Virus record (IMG/VR): IMGVR_UViG_3300013093_000020
DNA length: 64,000 nt
DNA from: a virus
Direction: 5' to 3' (one strand)
A model generated the notes under the pieces. That model saw only the letters and a list, made by a program, of their open reading frames with translations. It was not told the DNA's origin and ran no database searches. The translations under genes and the position numbers were made by a program. Below, piece by piece: positions 1-9,678 of this stretch. Position 1 is the stretch's first letter, and the number at the start of each line of letters is the position of its first letter.

Positions 1-738
1 TTTCATACCTTCTTTACCGTATTTCATAACACCTTTAGCAGCACGGCTCATTGTTCTTTTTTCACCGTCCGCTTCTTTAATAGACTGATAATGATCAGTT
101 AGCCTCTGCACCAATGCCTCCATCTTAGGAGCACCGCGAACTAGTGTATTCTGACGTTGTGCATGCGATCCAAGATTACCGGAAAGATCATCTCCGCTTT
201 GGGTTATCTTTTCAATGCCGTATGTTATCGGATGTGGTTCATTATTCCATTCTTCTTCAGTTGGACTATATTTCTGTGGATGGTCATCCGGTAGTGTTTC
301 AGTATGTAGTACATCACCACCGTGTGCATCTGTAGGACTAAAGTCGTCTTCATTACCAGGAATATCCATAGCACCGCCCACTTCATCAACTCCGTGACCC
401 TGTTGGATAGCTTGTAATTTTTGCAACAAATCTCTAATTTCAGGATGTGCCTGCATTAGTTTTTCTTCTTCTGCAGGATTTTTTGGTATGATCCAATTTT
501 TATCATCTTGCGGAATCTGCCAATTAGGTTCACCTTGTGCATCTAACTCACCTGGGTGAACATCTAAAGTTTGATCAGGATTTTCTTCACCTAAACTTAA
601 ATGGCCACTATCTCCTGTTTCTGCAGGTGTTGCAGGAACGCTCGGAGTTGTTCCTATAGCCTGTACTGGTGGTTGCATAGATTCACTAACTGGTTTATCT
701 AACGCACTTATCTTTACTAATAAATCTTGAAAATTCAT
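1..738 (-). CDS. Hypothetical acidic protein, possibly head-associated; runs off the window start (not in the ORF track)
   Basis: Manual translation from ATG at 738, which overlaps the upstream TAA as TAATG, stays open for 246 codons to position 1 (MNFQDLLVKISALDKPVSE...MSRAAKGVMKYGKEGMK). Confidence 0.8.
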   Translation of the reverse strand, partial: MNFQDLLVKISALDKPVSESMQPPVQAIGTTPSVPATPAETGDSGHLSLGEENPDQTLDVHPGELDAQGEPNWQIPQDDKNWIIPKNPAEEEKLMQAHPEIRDLLQKLQAIQQGHGVDEVGGAMDIPGNEDDFSPTDAHGGDVLHTETLPDDHPQKYSPTEEEWNNEPHPITYGIEKITQSGDDLSGNLGSHAQRQNTLVRGAPKMEALVQRLTDHYQSIKEADGEKRTMSRAAKGVMKYGKEGMK

Positions 739-1364
739 TATCTTGCTCCCTTAGTTGGATCGGGTACTTTGACCTGCTTGGTAAAAAGATTCTTAATATT
801 AATCTTTGATTCTACTTGTTTAGCAGGAGTTTCGCCGCTGTGTTGAGGAGCACCTTTAGCTAGGATATGATCATTAACTCCAGTATACTGCTCGCCTTCA
901 TGCTTAGTTTTTGCTAATTCTTTTAAAAATGTCATGACCCATTTATCACCGACCATGTCTTGATGATTGCTTTCTTCATAGTCTTTACCTAGCAATGCTT
1001 CTTCGGTCGGCTCTGCATGCTCATGATTAATTTCAATCTCGTCTTGTTCTTTTAGATTACGGACTTTGATCCTATCTTCGGCAATTTTTAATTTTGATGC
1101 TATTTCATTTCGAACTTGCATACTAGTTGCGGGATATGATGTAACAATGTCAAAAATGGTAACATTGGTGTTTTTATGCTCAGGAAAGTCCATGTGCATC
1201 TCTGCTATAGGCAAACGCTTGCCGGCAGAACAGCTAACAACTCTAAACACATCGAGTGCTCTGGCGATGTCTTTGTTAAAGCTTCGGTCTAAATCTCCGG
1301 CAATTTTTATCTTAAATTCGTAGATTTTATGGCTATCTTGCAAGTATACTGAAAATGGTTTCAT
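738..1364 (-). CDS. Hypothetical phage protein, possibly head-associated
   Basis: 208-aa ORF with late promoter TAAATA at 1384-1389; N-terminus MKPFSVYLQD resembles T4 internal-protein capsid-targeting leaders. Confidence 0.7.
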   Translation of the reverse strand: MKPFSVYLQDSHKIYEFKIKIAGDLDRSFNKDIARALDVFRVVSCSAGKRLPIAEMHMDFPEHKNTNVTIFDIVTSYPATSMQVRNEIASKLKIAEDRIKVRNLKEQDEIEINHEHAEPTEEALLGKDYEESNHQDMVGDKWVMTFLKELAKTKHEGEQYTGVNDHILAKGAPQHSGETPAKQVESKINIKNLFTKQVKVPDPTKGAR

Positions 1365-1386
1365 AAGTGTAATCCTAGTACTATAT

Positions 1387-1866
1387 TTATTTCATATTCT
1401 TTAATTTTTCTAGTAGGCTATTACGATCGCTAACAATAAAGCCATCCCCTGGAATCGTAACACTATCATCTACACTAGTTGATTCTTGGTCTAACTTTAG
1501 TTTTTTAAGCTGTAGATCGACCATTTTTAATTTTTTATCTAATTTAGCACTCTTAGCACTGATCGCATGACCTAGCATGCTAGCTGCAACTTCAAACAGG
1601 CGGCCACTGAATCTAGCTTCAACATTCATACCTAAATCCATAATATCGTCATAGGCGTCTTCGGCTTTTTTTGCCAGTGCATCTAGTTCTTGATCACCTA
1701 AATCACCTAGACCTTTCACTTGCGGCAATGCAGCTGAAATTTTATCAAACTCAGCCATATTCCTTAAAAATGGTTCAGGTTTAGGTGGAATAATTTTTTG
1801 CTCATCAGCTTTGATAATTTTTTTACTATCAGGTAGATTGAGAATTTCTTCAAGTTTCTTTGTCAT
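1387..1866 (-). CDS. Probable terminase small subunit (T4 gp16-like)
   Basis: 159-aa helical protein with GRLFEVAASML, similar to the gp16 PRxxEVxxQL segment, followed by a coiled coil; lies next to gp4. Confidence 0.5.
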   Translation of the reverse strand: MTKKLEEILNLPDSKKIIKADEQKIIPPKPEPFLRNMAEFDKISAALPQVKGLGDLGDQELDALAKKAEDAYDDIMDLGMNVEARFSGRLFEVAASMLGHAISAKSAKLDKKLKMVDLQLKKLKLDQESTSVDDSVTIPGDGFIVSDRNSLLEKLKNMK

Positions 1867-1874
1867 GTTATTAC

Positions 1875-2312
1875 TTATGCCATTCCGCCTTGGTGGAAAA
1901 TATCATTTTCATTAATTACTCTAAAAACAATATTTTGTTGTTTACACCAATGTTGTGCGCTAGCCCATTTGGCTTGATTTTTTACAAACTGAGCTTGATT
2001 ATATTTGTTCTTGCCGACTCGTTCAAGTATTGTTTGACTAGCAGGTTTAATTTCAATTAGCTCAACGTGTTGTTTTCCAAATTTATCAACATACTGGATG
2101 AAAAAATCCGGTACATAGACAGTTTGTCTGCCAGATAGCGGATCTCTATAGGGTATTTGTACTGCTTCACTGGCCCATTTAAGAATGCTTTCATTAGTAT
2201 CACACATACGCATGAAGTGCCATTCCCAACTGCTACGATATATCGGAACCTTGTTACCGACATATTTTTCAGGATGTGTTAGTTGGAATCTGCCACGAGC
2301 AAATTTTGCCAT
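1875..2312 (-). CDS. gp4: Head completion nuclease (T4 gp4-like, TnsA-type fold)
   Basis: Motifs YRSSWE, WASE..IPY, YVPDF, IEIKP..QT and NQAKW. Confidence 0.9.
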   Translation of the reverse strand: MAKFARGRFQLTHPEKYVGNKVPIYRSSWEWHFMRMCDTNESILKWASEAVQIPYRDPLSGRQTVYVPDFFIQYVDKFGKQHVELIEIKPASQTILERVGKNKYNQAQFVKNQAKWASAQHWCKQQNIVFRVINENDIFHQGGMA

Positions 2313-2313
2313 G

Positions 2314-2682
2314 TTACACCAAGATATTTCTAGACTCGTACAAATTTGAAACAGGTGCTATCCTATATCCTAGCAGGCTAGTTTTTTCTCTATAACTGTT
2401 TAAAATTTGTGCAACAACTTGGCTTAATGCAAGATCATTAAGGCCTTTAAGTGTATCTACCACAGACATGACGTTGACATTTTCTGACTTGGCTTGATTT
2501 AATAAAACTATGGCTGTGCTACGGGCACTAGATGGATCAAATCCTTTTTTCGTAAAGAACCCTACTACTGCATCTATTTGTTCTGCTGGAAATGTAACTT
2601 GATTTTGATAAAATTTATCAAAGATTTGTTTAACTGCAGAATCACTAGATGTTTGTGTTTGTATTGGTAAATTAGTTTGCAT
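2314..2682 (-). CDS. Hypothetical protein
   Basis: 122-aa ORF tightly packed in the operon. Confidence 0.75.
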   Translation of the reverse strand: MQTNLPIQTQTSSDSAVKQIFDKFYQNQVTFPAEQIDAVVGFFTKKGFDPSSARSTAIVLLNQAKSENVNVMSVVDTLKGLNDLALSQVVAQILNSYREKTSLLGYRIAPVSNLYESRNILV

Positions 2683-2683
2683 A

Positions 2684-3673
2684 TTATGTTAACCTAGTAT
2701 TCTTTGCTTCATTAGGAGTATTAGTATTTGTTGACTGCGGGAATTTAACTCCCTGTGTTCCGTTGACCGGAGCAGAAGTATCACCAGAAGGCTTTACTCC
2801 ATTCACAGGCTGATTAGAGATGGGCAAATTATTTTGATTGTAACTACCGATAGTATCATTGATATTCTGCACAAAATTATATGCATTATCTTTGACTCCT
2901 TGCACATTAGCCCAGGTCGAAGTTCCTGGATTTTCACCGATTAGCGGACTAGGTGTTTGATCATAGTTGGTATCTGCAAATCCTTCTGGATATTCTAAAT
3001 TCATATCTCCTGACGAATACTCAACTGCTTCATATGCTATAGTCATAGTATTGTCAGCTGTAGAATTTTGACCATATTCCATCTTATTATGATTAAATGC
3101 TGTAATAATAGGATTTATAATTTTATAGCAAACAAATTCATGTCTAGCCATCTGATAAATTTTTATATAATTAAAAAATGGATTAGTGCTTCCGTTATCT
3201 AGACCGTATGGTGTGGGCTTTGCACTAGCATAGGCCTGTGTTGCATTCCTAGCAAATGCCCCTGCCACCGCTGCACTATTAGGATCAGCGAAATAGTAGC
3301 TATAATAATTTTGCCATAATTGATTAATAAGACCCATGTTGTCATCATGGAACACTAAATTAATGGGCTTATAACTCTGTATGTATTGGACATTTTTCTT
3401 ACGGTTATATTGATTTAGCGTATCAATTTTAATTTCATAATTAGGTAGATCTGCACTTTTAACTAACATACCTATAGTATTATTATAATTTTGCGATAAT
3501 GTTATTGTTGATAGTGCAGCCTTATTAATACTAAAATAAGTATGGAATAAAAATTTATGCTTAGGTGCAAATTGGAATTGATTATCAACAAATAGTCGAG
3601 CGGCATGCTTCCAGTCTTTTAATACTGTAGTAGATGTTTCTTTTAATAATTGATTAGGTGTAAATCCGGCCAT
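2684..3673 (-). CDS. Tail tube-like / baseplate-tube junction protein (gp19/gp54 fold)
   Basis: LVKSADLP...NQYNRK...YKPINLVFHDD...NPIITAFNH..MTIAYE pattern of tube-fold proteins; adjacent to the tube gene. Confidence 0.7.
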   Translation of the reverse strand: MAGFTPNQLLKETSTTVLKDWKHAARLFVDNQFQFAPKHKFLFHTYFSINKAALSTITLSQNYNNTIGMLVKSADLPNYEIKIDTLNQYNRKKNVQYIQSYKPINLVFHDDNMGLINQLWQNYYSYYFADPNSAAVAGAFARNATQAYASAKPTPYGLDNGSTNPFFNYIKIYQMARHEFVCYKIINPIITAFNHNKMEYGQNSTADNTMTIAYEAVEYSSGDMNLEYPEGFADTNYDQTPSPLIGENPGTSTWANVQGVKDNAYNFVQNINDTIGSYNQNNLPISNQPVNGVKPSGDTSAPVNGTQGVKFPQSTNTNTPNEAKNTRLT

Positions 3674-3721
3674 GTAAATATTTAGTGTTAAGAATTAAGT
3701 ATGTAGTTAATGATTAGTCAT

Positions 3722-3748
3722 AAAAAAGCTCGCCTTAGCGAGCTTTTT
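3722..3748 (-). terminator. Rho-independent terminator after the tail tube gene
   Basis: aaaaagctcgc-ctta-gcgagcttttt: 11-bp inverted repeat with A/T tracts, just after the gp19 stop. Confidence 0.85.
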
Positions 3749-3752
3749 ATTA

Positions 3753-4373
3753 TCATATACCGCCGCCAGTTGCGTTGGTACCTATAGTTCTCGATGTTGC
3801 TGCTGCTGCGCCACCACTTGTTTGTAAAGCGTTGTCAAACTGCACAGTTAAAGAAATCATTGCAGGAGTCATTTCACTGTATTTGATTTCACTATAGTCA
3901 ACATCAGTTAGATAGCAACCATAACATTCCCATGTTTCTAAAACATTAGGAGCTAATGCACCGTTACCACCATCAAGCATTTCAATGCGTAGTGTAAACT
4001 TATAGTCGCCACCTGAAGCTGCGCTCGACTGCTCAAAGAAATCAAATTGTTTCTGTAGTTGTTCTCCGACTAGTTTGCTGACAGCACCGGTAACATCGTC
4101 ACGGACCATAACCTTAAGAGGTTGCCATTTTGGTTTACCTGCATAATGGATCTGACTATTGTAAACCTCAATAACTTTGTCTTCAAACTGTACATGAGGG
4201 CGAGCCGCATCTTGTACTTGCTTAGTCATTTCAGTTGTCGGTGTACTTGTACCAAAATTTTCAAAGTTTAATCTGAAGCGATACTTCAGCTTTGGCATCA
4301 ACATACCTTGGCTAGTTGCGCTTTGGTCTGATGCCAGTGGTACTGTAAACTTACTTAATGATGAAATTGCCAT
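3753..4373 (-). CDS. gp19: Tail tube protein
   Basis: PKLKYRFR, YAGKPKW, RDD and ETWECYGCY...ISLTVQFD motifs; directly follows the sheath gene. Confidence 0.9.
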   Translation of the reverse strand: MAISSLSKFTVPLASDQSATSQGMLMPKLKYRFRLNFENFGTSTPTTEMTKQVQDAARPHVQFEDKVIEVYNSQIHYAGKPKWQPLKVMVRDDVTGAVSKLVGEQLQKQFDFFEQSSAASGGDYKFTLRIEMLDGGNGALAPNVLETWECYGCYLTDVDYSEIKYSEMTPAMISLTVQFDNALQTSGGAAAATSRTIGTNATGGGI

Positions 4374-4394
4374 TTAAATATTCTCCGTAATTTA

Positions 4395-7300
4395 TTAAGC
4401 CGTTCCGGTAGCCGCCGCAGCACCTAGTGCTTTGATCGCGCCAGTGTTCTCTAAACGGATTGGAATGTAGATGAATTCTGCGGCTTTAACCGGTTCAATG
4501 GCAACATCCAAATATAACTCACTAGCGTCAATGACTGCTGGTGGATTGTTGGTTGTGTCACAAACTGTGATAAAGTCATATAATGCTCGTTGACTTACTA
4601 ATTCAAGCAATAGTGTATCAGCATGGCCTTTTAGCTCATTGCGAGTAATAGTATCGTTTGGTTCAAACACATATGGTTTAGCCAATGTAGCAAACAAACG
4701 ACGTAGATATATTACTAAACGAGCAACATTAATACGATCTAATGCACTAGCAACTAACTGTCTAGTGTACTGTCCGTATGCAACTAGGCCAACACCTGCA
4801 AGGTATGTAATTGGATTTACATGAACTGATGCTAGTGTATCGCGTTGTCCAGTATTTAGAGATACTGCTTGGAATTCTCCAGTAGCATCAACATATCCTG
4901 CCGATGTTGCATTAGTGATAATGCCACGACGTGTTCCTGCTGGTGCATACCATGGATAGCTAACTTGATCGCTCAGTGCTATTGTGCGTAGCATCATGTG
5001 ACTTGGTGGAACAACGATGTTATTGCCTAGGTTATCTGTAGCATAACCCCATGGATAGTACACACCTAAATTAGAACTTGTTGTTAGCAATCCTTTTTCG
5101 CCGTCTGATGCTGCATTAGCCGCATTACTACCCCATGCATATAATGATGTTGCATCTGGTGTTAGTCTTGCAGGAGCATCTGCTACTACAAAACAATCCT
5201 GTCCGCGATCAGTTGATAAACTAACTAGATCTGGGATAAGTTCAGTGTATCCAGGTGCGGCAAGTAGATTAATGGTCAATGATTCTTCGTCTCTCATTGC
5301 TTGACTGCTTTCTATTAGAGCTTTCATGGCAGTAACAACAATTTGTCGTTGTGAATGACGACCAAACGAACCAGAACCATCTGCTTGATTAGCTGATGCT
5401 GTAACCCAACGATCGCTGAAATAATTAGTCATTAATTCTTGATTGTTGTAATTAGGATTACGGCTATTTGGATTAATATAATTTCTTACATATTTTTTAA
5501 CATTAAAACTAGAACGGCGTGTATTCCATAACAACATACCTTTTGGATATAGTGTTGGACTTGGGCAATCAAAATCAACAAAGTTACTTATCAACAAGGC
5601 TTGTATAGTATCTGGAGTGCCAGTTGCATTTGCACCAGTTACAGTCCAGCGAGCATCTGCAAAAATTATACCATTTGGTGATGTGTGATCTGCATTATTA
5701 ACAGCTACCCAAACTTTACTTAGATAATTCCACTTGTATAGCTTAGGGAAATGTTCTAAGTCGCTGCTGTCAATCCACAAATCACCATTTTGTAATTGAG
5801 AACCATTGCTCTGTGTAGTTGGTTGAGTAGCACTGATAATAGGTCCATTAGCATCTGTTCTTTGTGATGCATTGCTATTGTAATATGGACTAGTTGAGGT
5901 CAAATATCCAACCCACTTAGTTCCGTCGTTGATCATAATATCAACATCGGTAGTAGAACTATCATACCATAAAGTATTTGTTGCTGGAACTGTTGTTGGT
6001 GCAGTTTCACTAGGAGTAGCTAAACCACTTCCGGCAACTTGGTATTGCCATAGTGTTGCAACAAAGCGTCCTGTTGTACCGCTATAGGCATTATAAAAGT
6101 TTGTTGCTGTGCCTGGAACAAATAACTTAGTAATTGGTGTATTTGTACCGTCGATGAAATAAATTTCACCACCTTGCATGTGTGTTAGTGTAATGCTATT
6201 GTTAGAATTAACTTGCACACTTATATTTGTGCCAACTGGTAGTTGGGCACTTATAGCTGCAGCTAATGTGTTAGCGTCGGCACTTGTTCCTGCGGCAGTA
6301 AACGATACAGTTGTTGAGTTAACAAGATTGCTATTACCAGCAGCTGATTCGCTGATAGTAAATGTATTAGTGCCAGAAGTTAGTGTGCTAGATCCAATTA
6401 TAGAACTAGTTGTGATAGTTGGACCAGCCGTCAATCTTTCAAAAATTGTAAAATCTGCTATAGCAGGGCTGGCATCAAATGTATTATATTTCACATAGAT
6501 AGCACCTGCAGCAAGATTGATACCGCCACCTGTTGGATCTAAAGCTGCTAAAGCACTTTGATTATTAGCATATAAATTTGTTACTAGCGTGGTCCATTGG
6601 CTAGTAGAAGCTGAATATTTATTGACAAAATAATTAGCACCGGCATTGGGGCTAGTTGTCTTAACCCAAATACTACCTGTTGGAGCCCCACCTACAGTTG
6701 ATGAAAGGGTCGCTGCATCGTAAACAGGTACACTAGTATGTGGACTGATCGTCAATTCTGGAGCTATATATGTACCTGCTGTAACACCCATAGTAGATAA
6801 TGGAGTTCCATTACTATTAGCTAATGCAACGCTAACGCCAGTTGAATAAATTTGTAAGAAGCCACCTACAACAGCTGCTGAAATACCAGCCGTGGTTAAT
6901 GTTGAATTACCATTAATTGCTGTAGCTAAAGTAGTTAAAGACAGCCCTGTAGTTACTGCTGTCGAATTAACTGTAATAACATCAGTATTTAAAAATGTAA
7001 CACTACCTGATGCGATAGTGCTAGTAACTGTTGGCCAACTAGCAGCCCAAGCAGGAGTTCCTACTTCAACCCAAGTTCCAGCTGCAGTATTTGTCGCTGG
7101 TTTTTTATACCATAATGTATTAGCACTTGTTACAGATACTATTGCATAATCACCGATGGCACCATAACTTGTTACTGGTGCATACTTGTTCGACACCAAC
7201 ACAGTGTATGCTGAATTTGTAATAACTTTTAAATTGTTAGCAGTTTGTTGATTGTAAAATGATTGTCCACCTGACAGTGCTGATCCAGCCTGCCATTGGA

Positions 7301-7739
7301 ATACACCCCATTGTGTGTTGGCAGTATTAAGCCATAATGTACCATCTGCAGGAGGGCCTGCTGGAGATGTGCCACTTGGTGCCAATGCATCTAAATCAAT
7401 GTCTGCACGAACAACATACGCACGATTGCTTACACCTAACAAACTGTATGCTGCTTGCAGTCCGTATTCATTAATTTCGCTAGCATGAATAGGATTATTT
7501 TCTGCGTCAACTTGGAACATGGGTGTTCCAAATGTATCTGATAAATCTTTTTGGCTAGTTAGTAGGTAAACTTTGCCTGCGTTTGATTTCAGTGTGCCCG
7601 GTGCGATCGTGCCCGCAGCATTGGTTTTATCTTGTGCTGAAGCAACAACAACTAGAGGTACTGTTCCAGGTGCTCCTGGTACATAAAAACTTTCATCTAT
7701 AACTGTTACGCTTACACCTGGTGAATTTAATGTGGCCAT
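4395..7739 (-). CDS. gp18: Tail sheath protein with a large central insertion
   Basis: N-terminal SPGVSVTVIDES; C-terminal PWYAPAGTRRG, ALDRINVARL, FEPND and IEPVKAAEFIYIPI. Confidence 0.95.
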   Translation of the reverse strand: MATLNSPGVSVTVIDESFYVPGAPGTVPLVVVASAQDKTNAAGTIAPGTLKSNAGKVYLLTSQKDLSDTFGTPMFQVDAENNPIHASEINEYGLQAAYSLLGVSNRAYVVRADIDLDALAPSGTSPAGPPADGTLWLNTANTQWGVFQWQAGSALSGGQSFYNQQTANNLKVITNSAYTVLVSNKYAPVTSYGAIGDYAIVSVTSANTLWYKKPATNTAAGTWVEVGTPAWAASWPTVTSTIASGSVTFLNTDVITVNSTAVTTGLSLTTLATAINGNSTLTTAGISAAVVGGFLQIYSTGVSVALANSNGTPLSTMGVTAGTYIAPELTISPHTSVPVYDAATLSSTVGGAPTGSIWVKTTSPNAGANYFVNKYSASTSQWTTLVTNLYANNQSALAALDPTGGGINLAAGAIYVKYNTFDASPAIADFTIFERLTAGPTITTSSIIGSSTLTSGTNTFTISESAAGNSNLVNSTTVSFTAAGTSADANTLAAAISAQLPVGTNISVQVNSNNSITLTHMQGGEIYFIDGTNTPITKLFVPGTATNFYNAYSGTTGRFVATLWQYQVAGSGLATPSETAPTTVPATNTLWYDSSTTDVDIMINDGTKWVGYLTSTSPYYNSNASQRTDANGPIISATQPTTQSNGSQLQNGDLWIDSSDLEHFPKLYKWNYLSKVWVAVNNADHTSPNGIIFADARWTVTGANATGTPDTIQALLISNFVDFDCPSPTLYPKGMLLWNTRRSSFNVKKYVRNYINPNSRNPNYNNQELMTNYFSDRWVTASANQADGSGSFGRHSQRQIVVTAMKALIESSQAMRDEESLTINLLAAPGYTELIPDLVSLSTDRGQDCFVVADAPARLTPDATSLYAWGSNAANAASDGEKGLLTTSSNLGVYYPWGYATDNLGNNIVVPPSHMMLRTIALSDQVSYPWYAPAGTRRGIITNATSAGYVDATGEFQAVSLNTGQRDTLASVHVNPITYLAGVGLVAYGQYTRQLVASALDRINVARLVIYLRRLFATLAKPYVFEPNDTITRNELKGHADTLLLELVSQRALYDFITVCDTTNNPPAVIDASELYLDVAIEPVKAAEFIYIPIRLENTGAIKALGAAAATGTA

Positions 7740-7770
7740 TACATAGTCTCCATGATTACTATTCTATTTG

Positions 7771-7778
7771 TATTTATA
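7771..7778 (-). promoter_or_regulatory. T4-type late promoter TATAAATA for the sheath operon; representative of about 20 TAAATA/TAAGTA sites
   Basis: Exact TATAAATA here and at 59818-59825(+). Core TAAATA at 1384(-), 3679(-), 7841(+), 9652(-), 9666(+), 19683(-), 19740(-), 20936(-), 22854(-), 22893(+), 25385(-), 35635(-), 46720(-), 51304(-), 55338(-), 55644(-), 59836(-), 62595(-). TAAGTA at 1872(-) and 44550(-). Each lies upstream of a gene start in the matching orientation. Confidence 0.85.
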
Positions 7779-7850
7779 GTATTCTGGATATTATCGCCCG
7801 ATTAGAGGCCACAAAAAGGGCAAGAAAAGGTGCGGTTTAGTAAATAATCA

Positions 7851-8186
7851 ATGCGTCCATTGTGTATTTGCGGCCAAAGACCTGCCGCTATAAATTATTA
7901 TAAAAACGGAAAGGCCTATTATAGAAGGCTCTGTGAGGCATGCCTCCAAGGCGGAGTATATGCTGGAATACCGCGCTGGCAAAGAGCCGGGTATCAAATT
8001 AAAGCAACCTGTGATAAATGCGGTTTCAAATCTCCTCACAAGGAAGTATTTAATGTTTTCCATGTTGATGGAGATCTGAATAATTGCAAATTGCCAAATT
8101 TAAAAACTGTATGTGCTAACTGTGCTCGAGTCCTTCATAAAGAGGGAGTTCGGTGGCGTCAAGGGGACCTTGTCCCTGATCTATAA
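7851..8186 (+). CDS. Zn-finger HNH-type endonuclease
   Basis: CxC/CxxC pairs and HVDGDLNN...NL..VCANC..LH. Confidence 0.8.
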   Translation: MRPLCICGQRPAAINYYKNGKAYYRRLCEACLQGGVYAGIPRWQRAGYQIKATCDKCGFKSPHKEVFNVFHVDGDLNNCKLPNLKTVCANCARVLHKEGVRWRQGDLVPDL

Positions 8187-8805
8187 TTGTCAGAACTTGC
8201 TTGTATAACTCGTCTATAGTTCCGTTATTTTCTAAAACATAGTCAAATTTAGTGCCAACCCAAGCAGTTTCACTAGCGTGGATATTTAATTTTGACATAC
8301 GACTTTTAGCAAGGGCATAGTTCATACAGCGATCGCCAGCGTTCATGTCGGCAGCATCTCGATACCATTCTGGCTCAGGTCCTCGTTTTACACGGATTAC
8401 GATACCGCCCGCTTCTTTGATACTTTTAATTTCATTGGGGAAACGGCAATCGCTGATCACAATGTCATCTTTTGAGTTGCGTAGTTTGTTCTCCAACGAA
8501 GCAATCCACATATCATCGTGGAATCCGTTACGACATACTTCTGTGCCCCAATGTTGTAGTACCCAGCGAGGGGTAAGATTGGGCATATCTAAACGCTGTG
8601 CCCACCATGTATCTACTTGTTCTCGCCATTCACGGGCTTGTTTTGTGCGGCCTTCCAACATGGTTCTATCCCAACCAAATACTGCTGACACAGCATCTTT
8701 AAGGCTATTGGCAAAACTTTCTCGTCTGTAACCATGGAAATTTGTGAGATAGTCAGCAATGGTATCTTTGCCGCTACTAATAAAACCGCATACACCTATA
8801 ATCAT
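8116..8805 (-). CDS. Deoxynucleoside monophosphate kinase (T4 gp1-like)
   Basis: P-loop GFISSGKDT, SFANSLKD, TPRWVLQHWGTE, ISDCRFPNE and HASE. Confidence 0.92.
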   Translation of the reverse strand: MIIGVCGFISSGKDTIADYLTNFHGYRRESFANSLKDAVSAVFGWDRTMLEGRTKQAREWREQVDTWWAQRLDMPNLTPRWVLQHWGTEVCRNGFHDDMWIASLENKLRNSKDDIVISDCRFPNEIKSIKEAGGIVIRVKRGPEPEWYRDAADMNAGDRCMNYALAKSRMSKLNIHASETAWVGTKFDYVLENNGTIDELYKQVLTIIDQGQGPLDATELPLYEGLEHS

Positions 8806-8827
8806 AGAACCCCCGTAAAGTAGTGCT

Positions 8828-8856
8828 AGTATATAACACTTTTATTACGAGGTCAA
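8828..8856 (-). promoter_or_regulatory. Sigma70-type (early/middle) promoter of the dNMP kinase gene
   Basis: TTGACC-N17-TATACT on the minus strand. Confidence 0.75.
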
Positions 8857-8863
8857 GAATTTT

Positions 8864-9634
8864 TTAGCCTTGTACCCAGGTATATGGTATGCCGCCGCTT
8901 TCCAAATTAATAATTTCTTTTTCTAATTTGTCTAGCTCAGTCTGTGCTTCTTGTTTCAGTGCTGTACCATTTAATTGGATTGGGCTCTGTGGGCCTGCAA
9001 TAGATCCAAACTTAGAACGAGCCTCGCCTAGCATTTGTTTACATGTGGCCAGTGTAAAGTCTCGGAGCCATTGTTTGGCATAGATGTCTTGTAGTAAAAC
9101 CCAGTCGGGGCGATAGTTATAGGTGCGGATTAACACTTGTTCACCGCTGGCAAACGGCCTTTGTAGGATAGTTAAGATATGAGTTTGTTGCTTCCATTTA
9201 TATTCAATATAACTACCAAACATACGACCTACAAGCTTCTGATAACCTGCAAACATATCGTATGTGGCCAGCCCGCCCATCATAGTGCCGCTCAACAAAT
9301 AGGTATTAGTGTATGCTAAGTTAAATGGTTCAAACAGCGTTCCACCTGCACCTAGGCCGGTCCTAGAACCGATGCTTCTACGGAAAACTTCACGGACTTC
9401 AATGACTTCGTCGGGTAAACGATATTCGTTTACATCTTGTATAAGTTCTAAAAACATGAAACTTTCTTCAACAGCATTAGAACTACGCTGACGATAGCGA
9501 TTAAGTGCTCGATCTAGAGCAGTTTCGTAGTGTACGGGATCTAGCTCGACTTCGACCATACCGTCGCCAAGCATGGTTTTAGTATAGTCAAATACTGCGT
9601 TTCTTTCTTTAGTAGCTGGGTTTTCATCAGACAT
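8864..9634 (-). CDS. gp13: Neck protein (T4 gp13-like)
   Basis: LGDGMVEVEL, WLRDFTLA..KQMLGEARSKF and QLNGTALKQEA motifs. Confidence 0.85.
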   Translation of the reverse strand: MSDENPATKERNAVFDYTKTMLGDGMVEVELDPVHYETALDRALNRYRQRSSNAVEESFMFLELIQDVNEYRLPDEVIEVREVFRRSIGSRTGLGAGGTLFEPFNLAYTNTYLLSGTMMGGLATYDMFAGYQKLVGRMFGSYIEYKWKQQTHILTILQRPFASGEQVLIRTYNYRPDWVLLQDIYAKQWLRDFTLATCKQMLGEARSKFGSIAGPQSPIQLNGTALKQEAQTELDKLEKEIINLESGGIPYTWVQG

Positions 9635-9678
9635 TCTTAGCTCTCCTTGTATATTTAGCTATCGATAAATATACTACT

